DNA of 63,259 nucleotides, counting the filler, from Octopus bimaculoides (taxonomy: Eukaryota): assembly GCF_001194135.2 (NCBI RefSeq). It is 6 parts of 4 records of this genome, joined end to end, with 100 filler letters (N's around TTAATTAATTAA, not from the genome) between each part and the next. Parts side by side here need not be neighbours in the genome. Positions count along the whole stretch, not along the records: positions 1 to 11,265 come from NC_068988.1; positions 11,366 to 38,266 come from NC_068985.1; 4 more parts are not named here. One strand, written 5' to 3'. Under the pieces are notes generated by a model. The model saw only the letters and a list, made by a program, of their open reading frames with translations. It did not search any database and had not been told where the DNA came from. Of this stretch, positions 1 to 11,739 are shown piece by piece (positions within the stretch are counted from its first letter, which is position 1; each line of letters starts with the position of its first letter). Made by a program: the position numbers and the translations under genes.

Positions 1-258
1 TTTTTTTGCATTGAACTGCATATTATTTTGCTCTGCCCACTCATATATTGCATTTAGGTCATTCTGCAGGCTTACAATATCATCAGGATTCTTTATTGCC
101 TGAGATATCTTTGTGTCATCAGCATAGCTAGTGACAGTGGCTCTCCGAGTGACCGTGGGCATGTCCAGAAGGGCCACTATGAACAGTAGTGGCCCCAGAA
201 CAGTTCCCTGTGGAACACCGCTCAATATTTGTGTTTCCCTAGATAGTTCTCCATTGGC
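1..258 (-). mobile_element. CR1/L2-type LINE reverse transcriptase fragment (runs off window start)
   Basis: Minus strand reads open for 86 codons: ANGELSRETQILSGVPQGTVLGPLLFIVALLDMPTVTRRATVTSYADDTKISQAIKNPDDIVSLQNDLNAIYEWAEQNNMQFNAKK. It contains the GVPQG..LGP.LF and YADD motifs. The 5' end abuts (TA)n at 259-272. Confidence 0.9.
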
Positions 259-483
259 TATATATATATATAGGCTGACAGACAGACAATGTGTGTGAAA
301 GTACATGTATTATATTATTGTGTGCATACGAGTATTCACATACTCACACATATGTCTATGCATGTTTATGTGTTTGTGCGTGTCTGGTTGCACGTATATA
401 TATATATGTACGTGAACATGTATGTATGTATGTATTCCCGTACGTGTGTATGTGTATTTGCGTGTGTGATCAACAGTGTGAGC

Positions 484-514
<31 letters not shown>

Positions 515-1139
515 CGGTGATTGATGATACTTAAAATTATGACAGCAAAAGCCATAAATTTGAGAAGAGAGAAAAAAATATGGAAGTCGATCGGGAATAT
601 ATTGTCCAGGTCAGAATTACATTGAATATAATCAATTCTCATTCTTCAGTTTTAATTTGTCTGGTTATTTTGTATACAATTTCAAATTAATGATAGGCTC
701 CGACAATTTCAAAAGCAAACATGGCGGTGTTTGGACACGAGTAAGACTCATTCAACAACAGACATATTTTGTAACAACTGCATGCAATCAATAACCAGCG
801 AAATAAAAAAATATTATGTTTTATTTTTAATGTCATTAATCTGAGTATGAACTATCGCTTTGTGTATAGCCGCTGTGTTATTACATTTAATTTAGAAAGA
901 AAAATGGGATAATAAAACGATAAGTCGTAATTCTTTTAGTTTTATTATGACATTTAGTCATAAATTCTTTGTTGGCAGTTCCCAGTATTGGGTAGGCTGA
1001 TATCGTGTGAAGATTAGAACGACCACCTTATTCTTCATTTGAATATTCATATAGCTTTATCAATCCGAACCGTTTATATTTACATGTGTACATATAAAAA
1101 TCATTTGATGGAACGACGTTCATGAAAGAACAAAGATAT

Positions 1140-1714
1140 TACTCTTTTACTTGTGTCAGTCATTTGACTGTGGCCATGCTGGAGCACCGCCTTTAGTCGA
1201 GTAAATCGACCCCAGGACTTATTCTTTAGACGCTAGTACTTATTTTATCGGTCTCTTTTGCCGAACTGCTAAGTTACGGGGACGTAAGCACACCACCATC
1301 GGTTGTCAAGCGATGTTGGAGAACAAACACAGGCACACATACACATACNNNNNNNNNNNNNNNNNNNNNNNNNNNNNNNNNNNNNNNNNNNNNNNNNNNN
1401 NNNNNNNNNNNNNNNNNNNNNNNNNNNNNNNNNNNNNNNNNNNNNNNNNNNNNNNNNNNNNNNNNNNNNNNNNNNNNNNNNNNNNNNNNNNNNNNNNNNN
1501 NNNNNNNNNNNNNNNNNNNNNNNNNNNNNNNNNNNNNNNNNNNATATATATATATGTATGTATATATATATATATACACATATATACGACGGGCGTCTTT
1601 CAGTTTCCGTCTATCAAATCCACTCACAAGGCTTTGGTCGGCCCGAGGTTATAGTAGAAGACGCTTGCCCAAGGTGCCACACAGTGGGAATGAACCGGGA
1701 ACTATGTGGTTGGT
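1140..1714 (-). mobile_element. tRNA-derived SINE, family A (internal microsatellite spans the N gap)
   Basis: Matches other copies in the window (e.g. 6322-6705): shared blocks GCCATGCTGGAGCACCGCC, TTTCAGTTTCCGTCTA and TGCCCAAGGTGCCAC. Ends approximate. Confidence 0.85.
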
Positions 1715-1744
1715 ATGGCGTCTAGTTTTAATATAAAGCCGACA

Positions 1745-1920
1745 GTTTTGAGAAGAAGAGGCTGGTCGAGTGTGTCGTCCCCGGTGTCCAACTGATACTT
1801 TTTATTGACCCCTAAAGGATAAAAGACAAAGTCGGTCTCGGGGTAATTTGAACTCAGAATGTAAAGAGCCGTGAGAAATGTCACTAAAATTTTGCCCGGT
1901 GTGGCACGATTTTACCAGTT
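1745..1920 (-). mobile_element. SINE family B, partial
   Basis: Shares TTTTATTGACCCC..AAGGAT.AAAG.CAAAGTCG...TTTGAACTCAGAA with the copies at 3468-3678 and 57700-57930. Ends approximate. Confidence 0.7.
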
Positions 1921-2837
1921 CAACAAAAACATCTTTAAATGATTATTCCGGAGCATATTCACCATCTACTTCAATTACCGCTTCCCATTTGCTTGGCAGA
2001 CCATCAGGCCGTCAATGTTATTATTTTTGTTGAATAAAATTTGTTGTAAAAAGCCGCAACAATTATGCACCAACCCATATATATATATATCTGTCTATGT
2101 GTGTGCCATTTAACGTTCTTCCTGTCCACCATACGCTTTTGTCATTGTTGTTTTCGCTATTTTTGTTATATTATTATTAGCATTTTTATTATCGTTGTTG
2201 TTGCTCTTCCTGTTGTTGTTGTTGTCGTTATAATTGTTCGTGTTGCTCTTTGTTAAAACCTTAATGCTTTAAGCATGACATTAACCACAACCATCTGCAG
2301 GGCGAAATCCATTGAAGATCAATTTTGAGGGATGAACTGAACAGGAAAAAAATTTTTAAAAATAAAACGATGTTAGTAAATTCTGGATAAACGAAAAGAA
2401 AATTTCTACTTATTATCTTGAATCGAGTTAATTGAAATCGTGATAATTAAAGGATAGGCATTCATTAGACTGCATTGGCATTTCCTGCTAAATAAAACAG
2501 AAAAAACCCCAAAAACAGCTGAGTGAAATGTGAGGACACATTAATTCACAAGCAATATATTTCGAAGATTTTGTGTGTGTTTTTAGCTTCGAGCCCTCTA
2601 TCGTGAAATGGCATTTTACGAACGCTCCCTTATCGTGTTTTGGAACAGAAAGGAAGAATAAAAGAAGGAAAGAAGGGAAACTGCAAATCGTGATAATCAA
2701 ACATAGGAGTTAATTAGCTATATATCTATTTCTTTTTTATTCTAATCCATCCGGTGTTTGTCAGTTTTTAGCGATTTCTCTGAATAAAAACTTTCTCTGT
2801 TCAATTTTTAAGGAAATTACTAAAGACGAGGAAGCTA

Positions 2838-2990
2838 TATGAAGGTTTCGAATTTTGGCACAGAACCAACATTTTCGAGAGGAGAAAGTCGATTACATCG
2901 ATTCCATTATTTGACTGGTACTTATTTTATCGATCTCCGAACGGATGAAAGGCAAAGTCAACCACGGCGGAATTTGAGCTCAGAACATAG
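2838..2990 (-). mobile_element. SINE family B, partial
   Basis: CTGGTACTTATTTTATCGA...GGATGAAAGGCAAAGTCAACC..GGAATTTGAGCTCAGAAC, homologous to the other family B copies. Confidence 0.75.
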
Positions 2991-3099
2991 CGACTGGTGT
3001 GTAGCAGCTCTGTGTTTGATGTTGGCTTACATGCAAATATACATTTCTCCATTTCCAAGTTGGCTCAGTTGACTTTGTGTGGTTGCACCTTTTGTGTCG

Positions 3100-3310
3100 T
3101 TCACTGTGATTGGTTAGAAGGGAACGTTTCCTTGTGCTTCCGGTTTGGCGTTTGTATAAGACATGACAGTCGCCATTTCTCACTAGAGAGTTTTCCTGCC
3201 TTCGCTTTAGAATATTTAGCCAAACGGTCACCACTTTTAATAGTTCGTAAGTGCGTCTGGTTGTTGAGCGTGCGACGCTTGGCTAAATTAAATCTTCTTC
3301 CGGTACGGAC
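3100..3310 (+). promoter_or_regulatory. Candidate housekeeping-type promoter and non-coding first exon
   Basis: CpG-enriched patch with ATTGG (reverse CCAAT, 3109-3113), ETS-like CTTCCGG (3137-3143 and 3297-3303), YY1-like CGCCATTT (3171-3178) and a consensus donor GTAAGT (3247-3252). Motif-only evidence. Confidence 0.4.
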
Positions 3311-3430
3311 GGTTGGATAATAATAATAATAATGATAGATTATTTTGAACTTGTGGAAGATACACGAAGTGCCGAAATAGTGTTTATTTGATAACAGTCA
3401 CACTCTTCTTATTGTTTCTTTAATAATAAT

Positions 3431-3466
<36 letters not shown>

Positions 3467-3467
3467 C

Positions 3468-3678
3468 CTTTCTGCTGTAGGCACAAGGCCTAAAATTTGG
3501 TGGGAGGGAGCCAGTCGATTAGATCGACCCCAGTACGCAACTGGTACCTAATTTATCAAACCCGAAAGGATGAAAGGCAACGTCGACCTCGGTGGAATTT
3601 GAACTTGGAACGTAACGGCAGACGAAATACTGCTACGCATTTCGTCCAGCACACTAATGATTCTGCCAGCTCGCCGCC
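3468..3678 (-). mobile_element. SINE family B
   Basis: Reverse complement of the GGCGGCGAGCTGGCAGAATC...TTCCACCGAGGTCGAC head; homologous to 56588-56810. Followed by (TAA)n. Confidence 0.85.
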
Positions 3679-3716
<38 letters not shown>

Positions 3717-4479
3717 NNNNNNNNNNNNNNNNNNNNNNNNNNNNNNNNNNNNNNNNNNNNNNNNNNNNNNNNNNNNNNNNNNNNNNNNNNNNNNNNNNNN
3801 NNNNNNNNNNNNNNNNNNNNNNNNNNNNNNNNNNNNNNNNNNNNNNNNNNNNNNNNNNNNNNNNNNNNNNNNNNNNNNNNNNNNNNNNNNNNNNNNNNNN
3901 NNNNNNNNNNNNNNNNNNNNNNNNNNNNNNNNNNNNNNNNNNNNNNNNNNNNNNNNNNNNNNNNNNNNNNNNNNNNNNNNNNNNNNNNNNNNNNNNNNNN
4001 NNNNNNNNNNNNNNNNNNNNNNNNNNNNNNNNNNNNNNNNNNNNNNNNNNNNNNNNNNNNNNNNNNNNNNNNNNNNNNNNNNNNNNNNNNNNNNNNNNNN
4101 NNNNNNNNNNNNNNNNNNNNNNNNNNNNNNNNNNNNNNNNNNNNNNNNNNNNNNNNNNNNNNNNNNNNNNNNNNNNNNNNNNNNNNNNNNNNNNNNNNNN
4201 NNNNNNNNNNNNNNNNNNNNNNNNNNNNNNNNNNNNNNNNNNNNNNNNNNNNNNNNNNNNNNNNNNNNNNNNNNNNNNNNNNNNNNNNNNNNNNNNNNNN
4301 NNNNNNNNNNNNNNNNNNNNNNNNNNNNNNNNNNNNNNNNNNNNNNNNNNNNNNNNNNNNNNNNNNNNNNNNNNNNNNNNNNNNNNNNNNNNNNNNNNNN
4401 NNNNNNNNNNNNNNNNNNNNNNNNNNNNNNNNNNNNNNNNNNNNNNNNNNNNNNNNNNNNNNNNNNNNNNNNNNNNNNN

Positions 4480-4625
4480 GTAGAGGTTATAGTAGTCGTA
4501 GTAGTAGAGGTTATAATAGTAGTAGAGGTTATAGTAGTAGTAGTAGAGGTTATAGTAGTAGTAGTAGTAGAGGTTATAATAGTAGTAGAGGTTATAGTAG
4601 TAGTAGTAGTAGTAGTAGTAGTAAT
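4480..4625. repeat. Compound (TAG)n microsatellite with recurring GAGGTTATA unit
   Basis: Repeated GTAGTAGAGGTTATA units read directly next to a gap. Confidence 0.9.
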
Positions 4626-5465
4626 TACCCTCTGAACTATGTCCCCCACTTTTCTCATTTAATACATTTTTTTATTTACCAATAAGCAAGAATTTCCCAG
4701 CAAAACAATCGATTTATGTTTATATAAAATGCAGACACGGACATAAAGAGGAAAACAAAACAAAACAAAAAGAAAGAGAAAAATATAAATATTTGCAAGA
4801 AAAAAACAAAAAAAAGCAAGACAAAAGTCAAAGTAATTGGAATTGAGTAGCATGATTGATAAATCAATATGTAACAGAATGATTGATTGGAACAGTACTG
4901 GAGTTTCAAGCCCTGCTGGACACCACTCAGTGTATCTATCAACCATGGGACAATAAGAGTTAGAGATGAACCGAAGACTTGCTTTATTTTAATTTCTTTC
5001 ATTCTTTCACTTGAGCTTCCTGCATACATAAATACAATGGTGTGTGAGTGTGTATGTGTATGTATGTGCATGTGTGTCCATAACTGCACTTAATATAAAC
5101 AAAAAGGGAAAGACAACAAAATTTAAATAAAGATTTAACTTCCACCCACAAACACTGCGATACCCTCAATTGTGACACACACATTCCATTTTTGTATTGC
5201 AATTTTTGTTTGGTATTTGTGTTTTTGCATTTTTTTCTTAGTTTTGACATTTTTTTTTTACATTGTTTTTATTTTCCTTGATCCTTTACAGAGATGCGAA
5301 TTGCTGTACAACGAAGATATTTATTTGCTGGTTATCATCGGACCATTCGCCAGAGTAATTCTGAGTGGCTGCTTTGTCATGGTGTTAAGAATGTTTGAAT
5401 TTAATTTTTTACATTGTGTTGCTTTTTGCTATTTTTTTTTTTTTTTTTTGGCTTTTAGTGTCCCC

Positions 5466-5556
5466 TCAGGTGATGTCCTTTTGGGTTGGAGGTCGACGCA
5501 CATTGTTCTGTTGGACAGCTTTTACAACCCAGTCGATTCCTTCATGGACACCATCT
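5466..5556 (-). CDS. ARFRP1: ADP-ribosylation factor-related protein 1, last coding exon
   Basis: Polypyrimidine tract + CAG acceptor (5557-5559); phase 2; encodes DGVHEGIDWVVKAVQQNNVRRPPTQKDIT*. Matches the ARFRP1 C-terminus as I recall it (GVREGIEWMVKCVVRNVHRPPRQRDIT). TGA at 5466-5468. Confidence 0.92.
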
Positions 5557-5699
5557 CTGGAACAAGAACAAGAAAAACATGTAAACATATTATATTCTTT
5601 TATTTGTTTCTCTCTCTCTCTTTGTCTCTGTTTATATGTGTGAGTATATTTCTCTTTATGTGTCTGAGGAGAGGGAAAATGTTTATATTAATTGTATTC

Positions 5700-5848
5700 A
5701 GGCACAGGAGTGGCTGTGTCATAGATGGCTTGCTTACCAACCACATGGTTCTGGGTTCAGTCCCACTGCATGGCACCTTGGGTAAGTGTCTTCTACTATA
5801 GCCTCAGGCTGACCAAAGTCATGCAAATGGATTTGGTAGATGGAAACA
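5700..5848 (+). mobile_element. SINE family A, 5' part, in ARFRP1 intron
   Basis: A-box-like GTGGCTGTGT and B-box-like GGTTCAGTCCC, followed by GGCACCTTGGG.AAGTGTCTTCTACTATAGCC. Confidence 0.85.
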
Positions 5849-6176
5849 GCAGTCTTATGTAGATGAGGGCATTAGTAGCACCTCTTCTTCGCAAAAAGCC
5901 AAACTGCAATCTCATCCAGGCTAAATGCCTTTCCTAATAAATTTTGCAATAACTTTTCCGGTAACTTTCCTAACCTGGTCTACTGCTATTATTGTTACCG
6001 TGGGCAACAAATCCAACCACCAACAATATTAGGAGCTTCCCTCTTAGTCATGTTTGTTTGCTTGGTTGTTTGAATAACATGATAGTCTGCTTCAGATGAA
6101 TATTGTCCAAGGTTTGCAGGAAACAGATTTTGAGGTTGAAACAGCTAAAACGAAACCAACAGAATATCGTACTTAC

Positions 6177-6277
6177 CCTCTTAGAGCAGAGACAGCATCG
6201 GCTTTACACTCTCTTGGACCAATTAATGATGGATTGGAACTGAAAATTTTTTTCACTTCATTTAATGGAAGACATCC
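6177..6277 (-). CDS. ARFRP1: ARFRP1 penultimate coding exon (101 nt)
   Basis: TTTTCAG acceptor and GTAAGT donor; encodes GCLPLNEVKKIFSSNPSLIGPRECKADAVSALRG (SAL G5-type motif). Phases 0/2 fit both neighbouring exons. Confidence 0.92.
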
Positions 6278-6321
6278 CTGAAAAGAAGATATTTTGAATC
6301 AAATTATTAGGCATAAGCATA

Positions 6322-6467
6322 GAAGGGGCTGTGTGGTAAGAAGCTTGCTTCCCAACCACACGGTTCTGGGTTCAGTCCCACTGCGTGGCACCTTGGGCAA
6401 GTGTCTTCCACTATAGCCTTGTGAGTGGATTTGATAGACAGAACCTGAAAGAAGCCTGTCGTGTATA

Positions 6468-6507
<40 letters not shown>

Positions 6508-6705
6508 TGTTTGTCCTCGCGCCATTGCTCGAAAACTGATGTTGGTGTGTTAATGTACCCCAAAACTTAGCAGTTCGGCAAAAAGTGTCTGATAGAATAA
6601 GTGCTAGGCTTACAAAGAAATAAGTCCTAGGGTCGATTCCTTCAAGGAAAGGCGGTGCTCCAGCATGGCCAAAGTTAAATGACTGAAACAAGTAAAAGAA
6701 AAAAA
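6322..6705 (+). mobile_element. SINE family A, near full length
   Basis: tRNA-like head (GGCTGTGTGGTAAG...GGTTCAGTCCC), internal (GT)n, 3' GGCGGTGCTCCAGCATGGCC...GAAACAAGTAAAAG tail. A second partial head follows at about 6706-6870. Confidence 0.9.
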
Positions 6706-7100
6706 AGCATGGCTGTGAGGTTAAGAAGTTAAGAAGCTTGCTTTGCAGCCACAAGGTTTCAAGTTCAATCCTACAGTGTGGCATCTTGGATATGTGTTTT
6801 CTGCTCTAGCGTTGGGCCATCAGAGTCTTGTGAGTGAATTTGGTAGACAGAAATCACGTGGAAGCTCAACATGTATGCAGGCTTTGGTAGGCCCAAGACT
6901 TTTGTAAGACAGAACCCAGAAGGATGTGGTTGGGGAACAAACTTCTTACCACTCAGTCACACCTGTGTGGACAAATTTTAAGGAGAGGGGAACTTGGCTG
7001 CTATGTCTAGCAGGTTGTCTGAGCACAGGAATCTGATAAAACTGCAAGAATAATTGGTAAGGTACAATGAGGAAGAGTACTGCTGATTTGGTTTACTTAC

Positions 7101-7171
7101 TTGCAGGTCCTGCTTGTTGGCCAACAACAGAAGTGGCACCGTGACGAGAGCCTCATTGGAAATCATTTTAT
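7101..7171 (-). CDS. ARFRP1: ARFRP1 coding exon carrying the G4 NKQD motif (71 nt)
   Basis: Long pyrimidine tract + CAG acceptor and GTAAGT donor; encodes DKMISNEALVTVPLLLLANKQDLQ. Phase 1 start, phase 0 end. Confidence 0.92.
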
Positions 7172-8168
7172 CTGAGAAGAGGAAAAGAGAGAAATGGAGA
7201 AAGGGAATTGAGTAAGAGTTTGAGCATTTTATGACAGGAAACACGTTTTTGGAATAAATAGCAGAAAAATAAAGAAAATAAAAGGGAAAAAAATGAAAGA
7301 AATTATACATGTATGTGTAATTATATAGCTACTAATTTATACATATATATATATAAATATGTATGGGCATGTGTATGTATATTACATATGATATATGCAT
7401 GTATATATATGCATACATATATATATATATATANNNNNNNNNNNNNNNNNNNNNNNNNNNNNNNNNNNNNNNNNNNNNNNNNNNNNNNNNNNNNNNNNNN
7501 NNNNNNNNNNNNNNNNNNNNNNNNNNNNNNNNNNNNNNNNNNNNNNNNNNNNNNNNNNNNNNNNNNNNNNNNNNNNNNNNNNNNNNNNNNNNNNNNNNNN
7601 NNNNNNNNNNNNNNNNNNNNNNNNNNNNNNNNNNNNNNNNNNNNNNNNNNNNNNNNNNNNNNNNNNNNNNNNNNNNNNNNNNNNNNNNNNNNNNNNNNNN
7701 NNNNNNNNNNNNNNNNNNNNNNNNNNNNNNNNNNNNNNNNNNNNNNNNNNNNNNNNNNNNNNNNNNNNNNNNNNNNNNNNNNNNNNNNNNNNNNNNNNNN
7801 NNNNNNNNNNNNNNNNNNNNNNNNNNNNNNNNNNNNNNNNNNNNNNNNNNNNNNNNNNNNNNNNNNNNNNNNNNNNNNNNNNNNNNNNNNNNNNNNNNNN
7901 NNNNNNNNNNNNNNNNNNNNNNNNNNNNNNNNNNNNNNNNNNNNNNNNNNNNNNNNNNNNNNNNNNNNNNNNNATATATGCATATATACGTACATGTATG
8001 TACATACCTACATCTACATGTATATATAGATGCATATCTGGTCAATAACTGATGAAGAATTAAGGTCCTTCTATGTCTGTCCTATGTGTATGTTTTGTAG
8101 TATTTAATGCATTTTTCATTTATATATATATATATATATATATATCTATATATATATATATATATATA

Positions 8169-8203
<35 letters not shown>

Positions 8204-8689
8204 AAGAGATGACAAAGGATTAAACGGTGGTTTTATGAACTTCATTAGCTTGCAGTTGTTTCCACATCTTATACACACAAACAACCAAAAAGACAGCTAT
8301 ATGTATTATATACATATAGTAATTATTTCAAAGTTCATGTTGTGTTGTGTTGATAGACTTGCACTTAAAATTCCAGCATTTTTAATCAAAACTTGTTAGT
8401 TACTATGGTGACAACACTACCTGTCTATTTTTGTATCTCTCTTTCACACATACACTCTCTCTATCTCACACTGTATTCTTGCTCGAAAACAACTTTCTCT
8501 CTTCCTCTTCTAAATATACACTGTAACAAGGGTTATCTCCCATTTTATTTCTCCCCCTCTTCCCTCTAATAGATGTTGCAACAGACAAACAGACAAGAGA
8601 TCAGCTTCTCTTTTATAATATAAGATATGGTAATAAAAGGGTTAACAATAGATCTAATATGTCTGCTCAATCTAAGATGGTCTGGGATT

Positions 8690-8692
8690 CAT

Positions 8693-8730
<38 letters not shown>

Positions 8731-8913
8731 GTTGCTGCTGCTGCTGCTACACTAATACTACTACTATTACTACTACTACTATTACTACTACTACTACTGC
8801 TGCTACACTACTACTACTACTGCTTCTGCTGCTGCTACTACAACTACTACTGCTGCTGCTACTGCTGCTACTACTACTACTACTACTACTGCTGCTGCTA
8901 CTACTACTACTAT

Positions 8914-8948
<35 letters not shown>

Positions 8949-8950
8949 TG
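8690..8950. repeat. (TAC)n/(TGC)n compound trinucleotide repeat
   Basis: Read directly; source of the spurious poly-T/L/Y/S ORFs. Confidence 0.95.
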
Positions 8951-9066
8951 AAAAGGGATAAGCATTGTTGCAATGTAGTATAAAGTCATGTGGTAGCAAA
9001 TATTTCACAACATTGTCAACAAAGACATCCATAATTTATCTTCACTTTCCCCAGTAAAGTAACAAT

Positions 9067-9102
<36 letters not shown>

Positions 9103-10344
9103 AAAAGCAGAAATGCATTTGAAATGTACGAAATAGAAATAAAATTTCCCACTAACAAAGTTTGATGTAGAAATACATCACGTATACAAAGGATGCCAGG
9201 CGGACTGCAGGGGCTTTTAACGAAAACAATGATATTAATACAGAGTCGCACTTACCAATCTCAAGTGATATCCAAGCACCGGGGAGTGAGAGTGGAAGTG
9301 TCAGGTGGGGAAGGGGAACGAAATCAGGAAGATTCCAATGTGTGTACAATGGCAAGAAGACATCAATGTTAATTGTGTCCTTGTCAAGATTTCTCTGGTA
9401 AAAGTTCTATTGAAGAACTAGCAGAAGTTTAGAAAGCAAAAGAAATGTCTTGAGAACAATGCGAGCCTGTCAGAAGAATTTTTGGCAGCTAAAATAATCT
9501 TAATTCCATTTACCGATTTCTAGAAATTAACACACACCAATTTGAGATGCCTGAGGCATATGAAAATGGCTTTTAACTTCATCCATNNNNNNNNNNNNNN
9601 NNNNNNNNNNNNNNNNNNNNNNNNNNNNNNNNNNNNNNNNNNNNNNNNNNNNNNNNNNNNNNNNNNNNNNNNNNNNNNNNNNNNNNNNNNNNNNNNNNNN
9701 NNNNNNNNNNNNNNNNNNNNNNNNNNNNNNNNNNNNNNNNNNNNNNNNNNNNNNNNNNNNNNNNNNNNNNNNNNNNNNNNNNNNNNNNNNNNNNNNNNNN
9801 NNNNNNNNNNNNNNNNNNNNNNNNNNNNNNNNNNNNNNNNNNNNNNNNNNNNNNNNNNNNNNNNNNNNNNNNNNNNNNNNNNNNNNNNNNNNNNNNNNNN
9901 NNNNNNNNNNNNNNNNNNNNNNNNNNNNNNNNNNNNNNNNNNNNNNNNNNNNNNNNNNNNNNNNNNNNNNNNNNNNNNNNNNNNNNNNNNNNNNNNNNNN
10001 NNNNNNNNNNNNNNNNNNNNNNNNNNNNNNNNNNNNNNNNNNNNNNNNNNNNNNNNNNNNNNNNNNNNNNNNNNNNNNNNNNNNNNNNNNNNNNNNNNNN
10101 NNNNNNNNNNNNNNNNNNNNNNNNNNNNNNNNNNNNNNNNNNNNNNNNNNNNNNNNNNNNNNNNNNNNNNNNNNNNNNNNNNNNNNNNNNNNNNNNNNNN
10201 NNNNNNNNNNNNNNNNNNNNNNNNNNNNNNNNNNNNNNNNNNNNNNNNNNNNNNNNNNNNNNNNTATACACACACACATGTATATGCACGTGATATATTC
10301 ACACCTATATACATATATATATAATATATATCTAGACATAAAAT

Positions 10345-10379
<35 letters not shown>

Positions 10380-11265
10380 TGATACATATGTATATACACA
10401 CATATATACATATATATCTACACATCTATTTCCATAAATAAATTACTATGCCCACAAAGAACGAGACACAGCACGGTGAAGAATTAGGCGTCCAGTAAAG
10501 ACAGAGATGATGGGAGTGTAGACGATGATTACGATAATGAAGAGTAAGATGATAGCTGTTGTTGTCAATGCCGACAACCTAGATAATGGTAGTGAAAATG
10601 AATAAAAAGATAATCTTTGGCTAATACTGTCCATAATGGAAGCCAATCTTCTTGGTAAAGTAGTCATAATGACAAAAAGCGATGACGAAAGGCATTTGTA
10701 AATGATGACAAGAAATTGGTCCTTGGTAGATATGGAAGCGGTGAAGAAGCAGGGAGATTGTGGCACCCTTAGGGGTTCGGAAGAGAACAATGACACCATA
10801 AAAATTTCATCCGTCATTTGTTTAGATAATTACGAAGCAGACGAGGAATTTCAAAGAAACAAATCAATCAGACGTCTGGTTGTATAACGGGTTTTCAAAT
10901 TGTGTGAGAAAATATTTCAAGAGAAATTAATGAAGAATTTCAACCCCGCTCCCACACACACACACAACACTTCTTGGTAAGGACCACTTAACCACAGTAA
11001 GTGTCTTATTAAAAGAAGACATCGATATAAGATGCTAAATACCATATATGGCTTTAAGCAATACAAAGCATTTGTAACGACAAAAAATAAAATACCATTT
11101 CTAACCAAAAAAATAAACTAATTTCATAAAGTAGCTTTTAGTCTAAGTAACATTTGATGAAAGAAACGTTTTTTGATATTTCAGCTGACAGGGAACTGAT
11201 TTTGAAGGAAAGATATGAGAATCAGAAAATGGCTAATATTCTTAAGAAAAAGAAAAAAAGGGGTG

Positions 11266-11365
11266 NNNNNNNNNNNNNNNNNNNNNNNNNNNNNNNNNNN
11301 NNNNNNNNNTTAATTAATTAANNNNNNNNNNNNNNNNNNNNNNNNNNNNNNNNNNNNNNNNNNNN
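11266..11365. other. Artificial scaffold linker 44N-TTAATTAATTAA-44N
   Basis: Exactly 100 bp; palindromic 12-mer gives stops in all six frames; identical at five sites. Confidence 0.95.
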
Positions 11366-11739
11366 TATATATATATATATATATATATGACACTATTTTC
11401 AAGGATAACGTTTAAAATTCAAATTTGCTTTTTTATTTGTTTATTTTAATTTTTTAAAATATATTTTTTTCATTGTAATCATTATTTTACTCTCATACAT
11501 CTACACAAACAGACATACGTGCATGCATGTACATACTCATACACTCACATACTCACACAACAAGTAACGCATACACATACGTACACACACATACATCTAC
11601 ACATACGTATATACATATTAAACTATATACGCTCATACGGTTATATATAACTATATATATGTATCTTAGTATCATGCATCACAACATATATGTATGGATT
11701 TTCACATGTAAATGAGAGAGAGGGGTGGCTATAGAGGGG

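Noticed and set aside
717-750. AAACATGGCGGTGTTTGGACACGA|GTAAGA as a start micro-exon (MAVFGH)
   Set aside because: Only 7 codons, no recognisable continuation or homology; cannot be told from chance.
9150-9480. GC-balanced block possibly from a LINE C-terminal Zn region
   Set aside because: No frame gave a convincing motif, and it is not an ARFRP1 exon.
10446-10887. 123-aa hydrophobic minus-strand ORF and 61-aa plus-strand ORF
   Set aside because: Hydrophobicity is explained as antisense of GAT/GAC-rich sequence; no splice signals or homology recognised.
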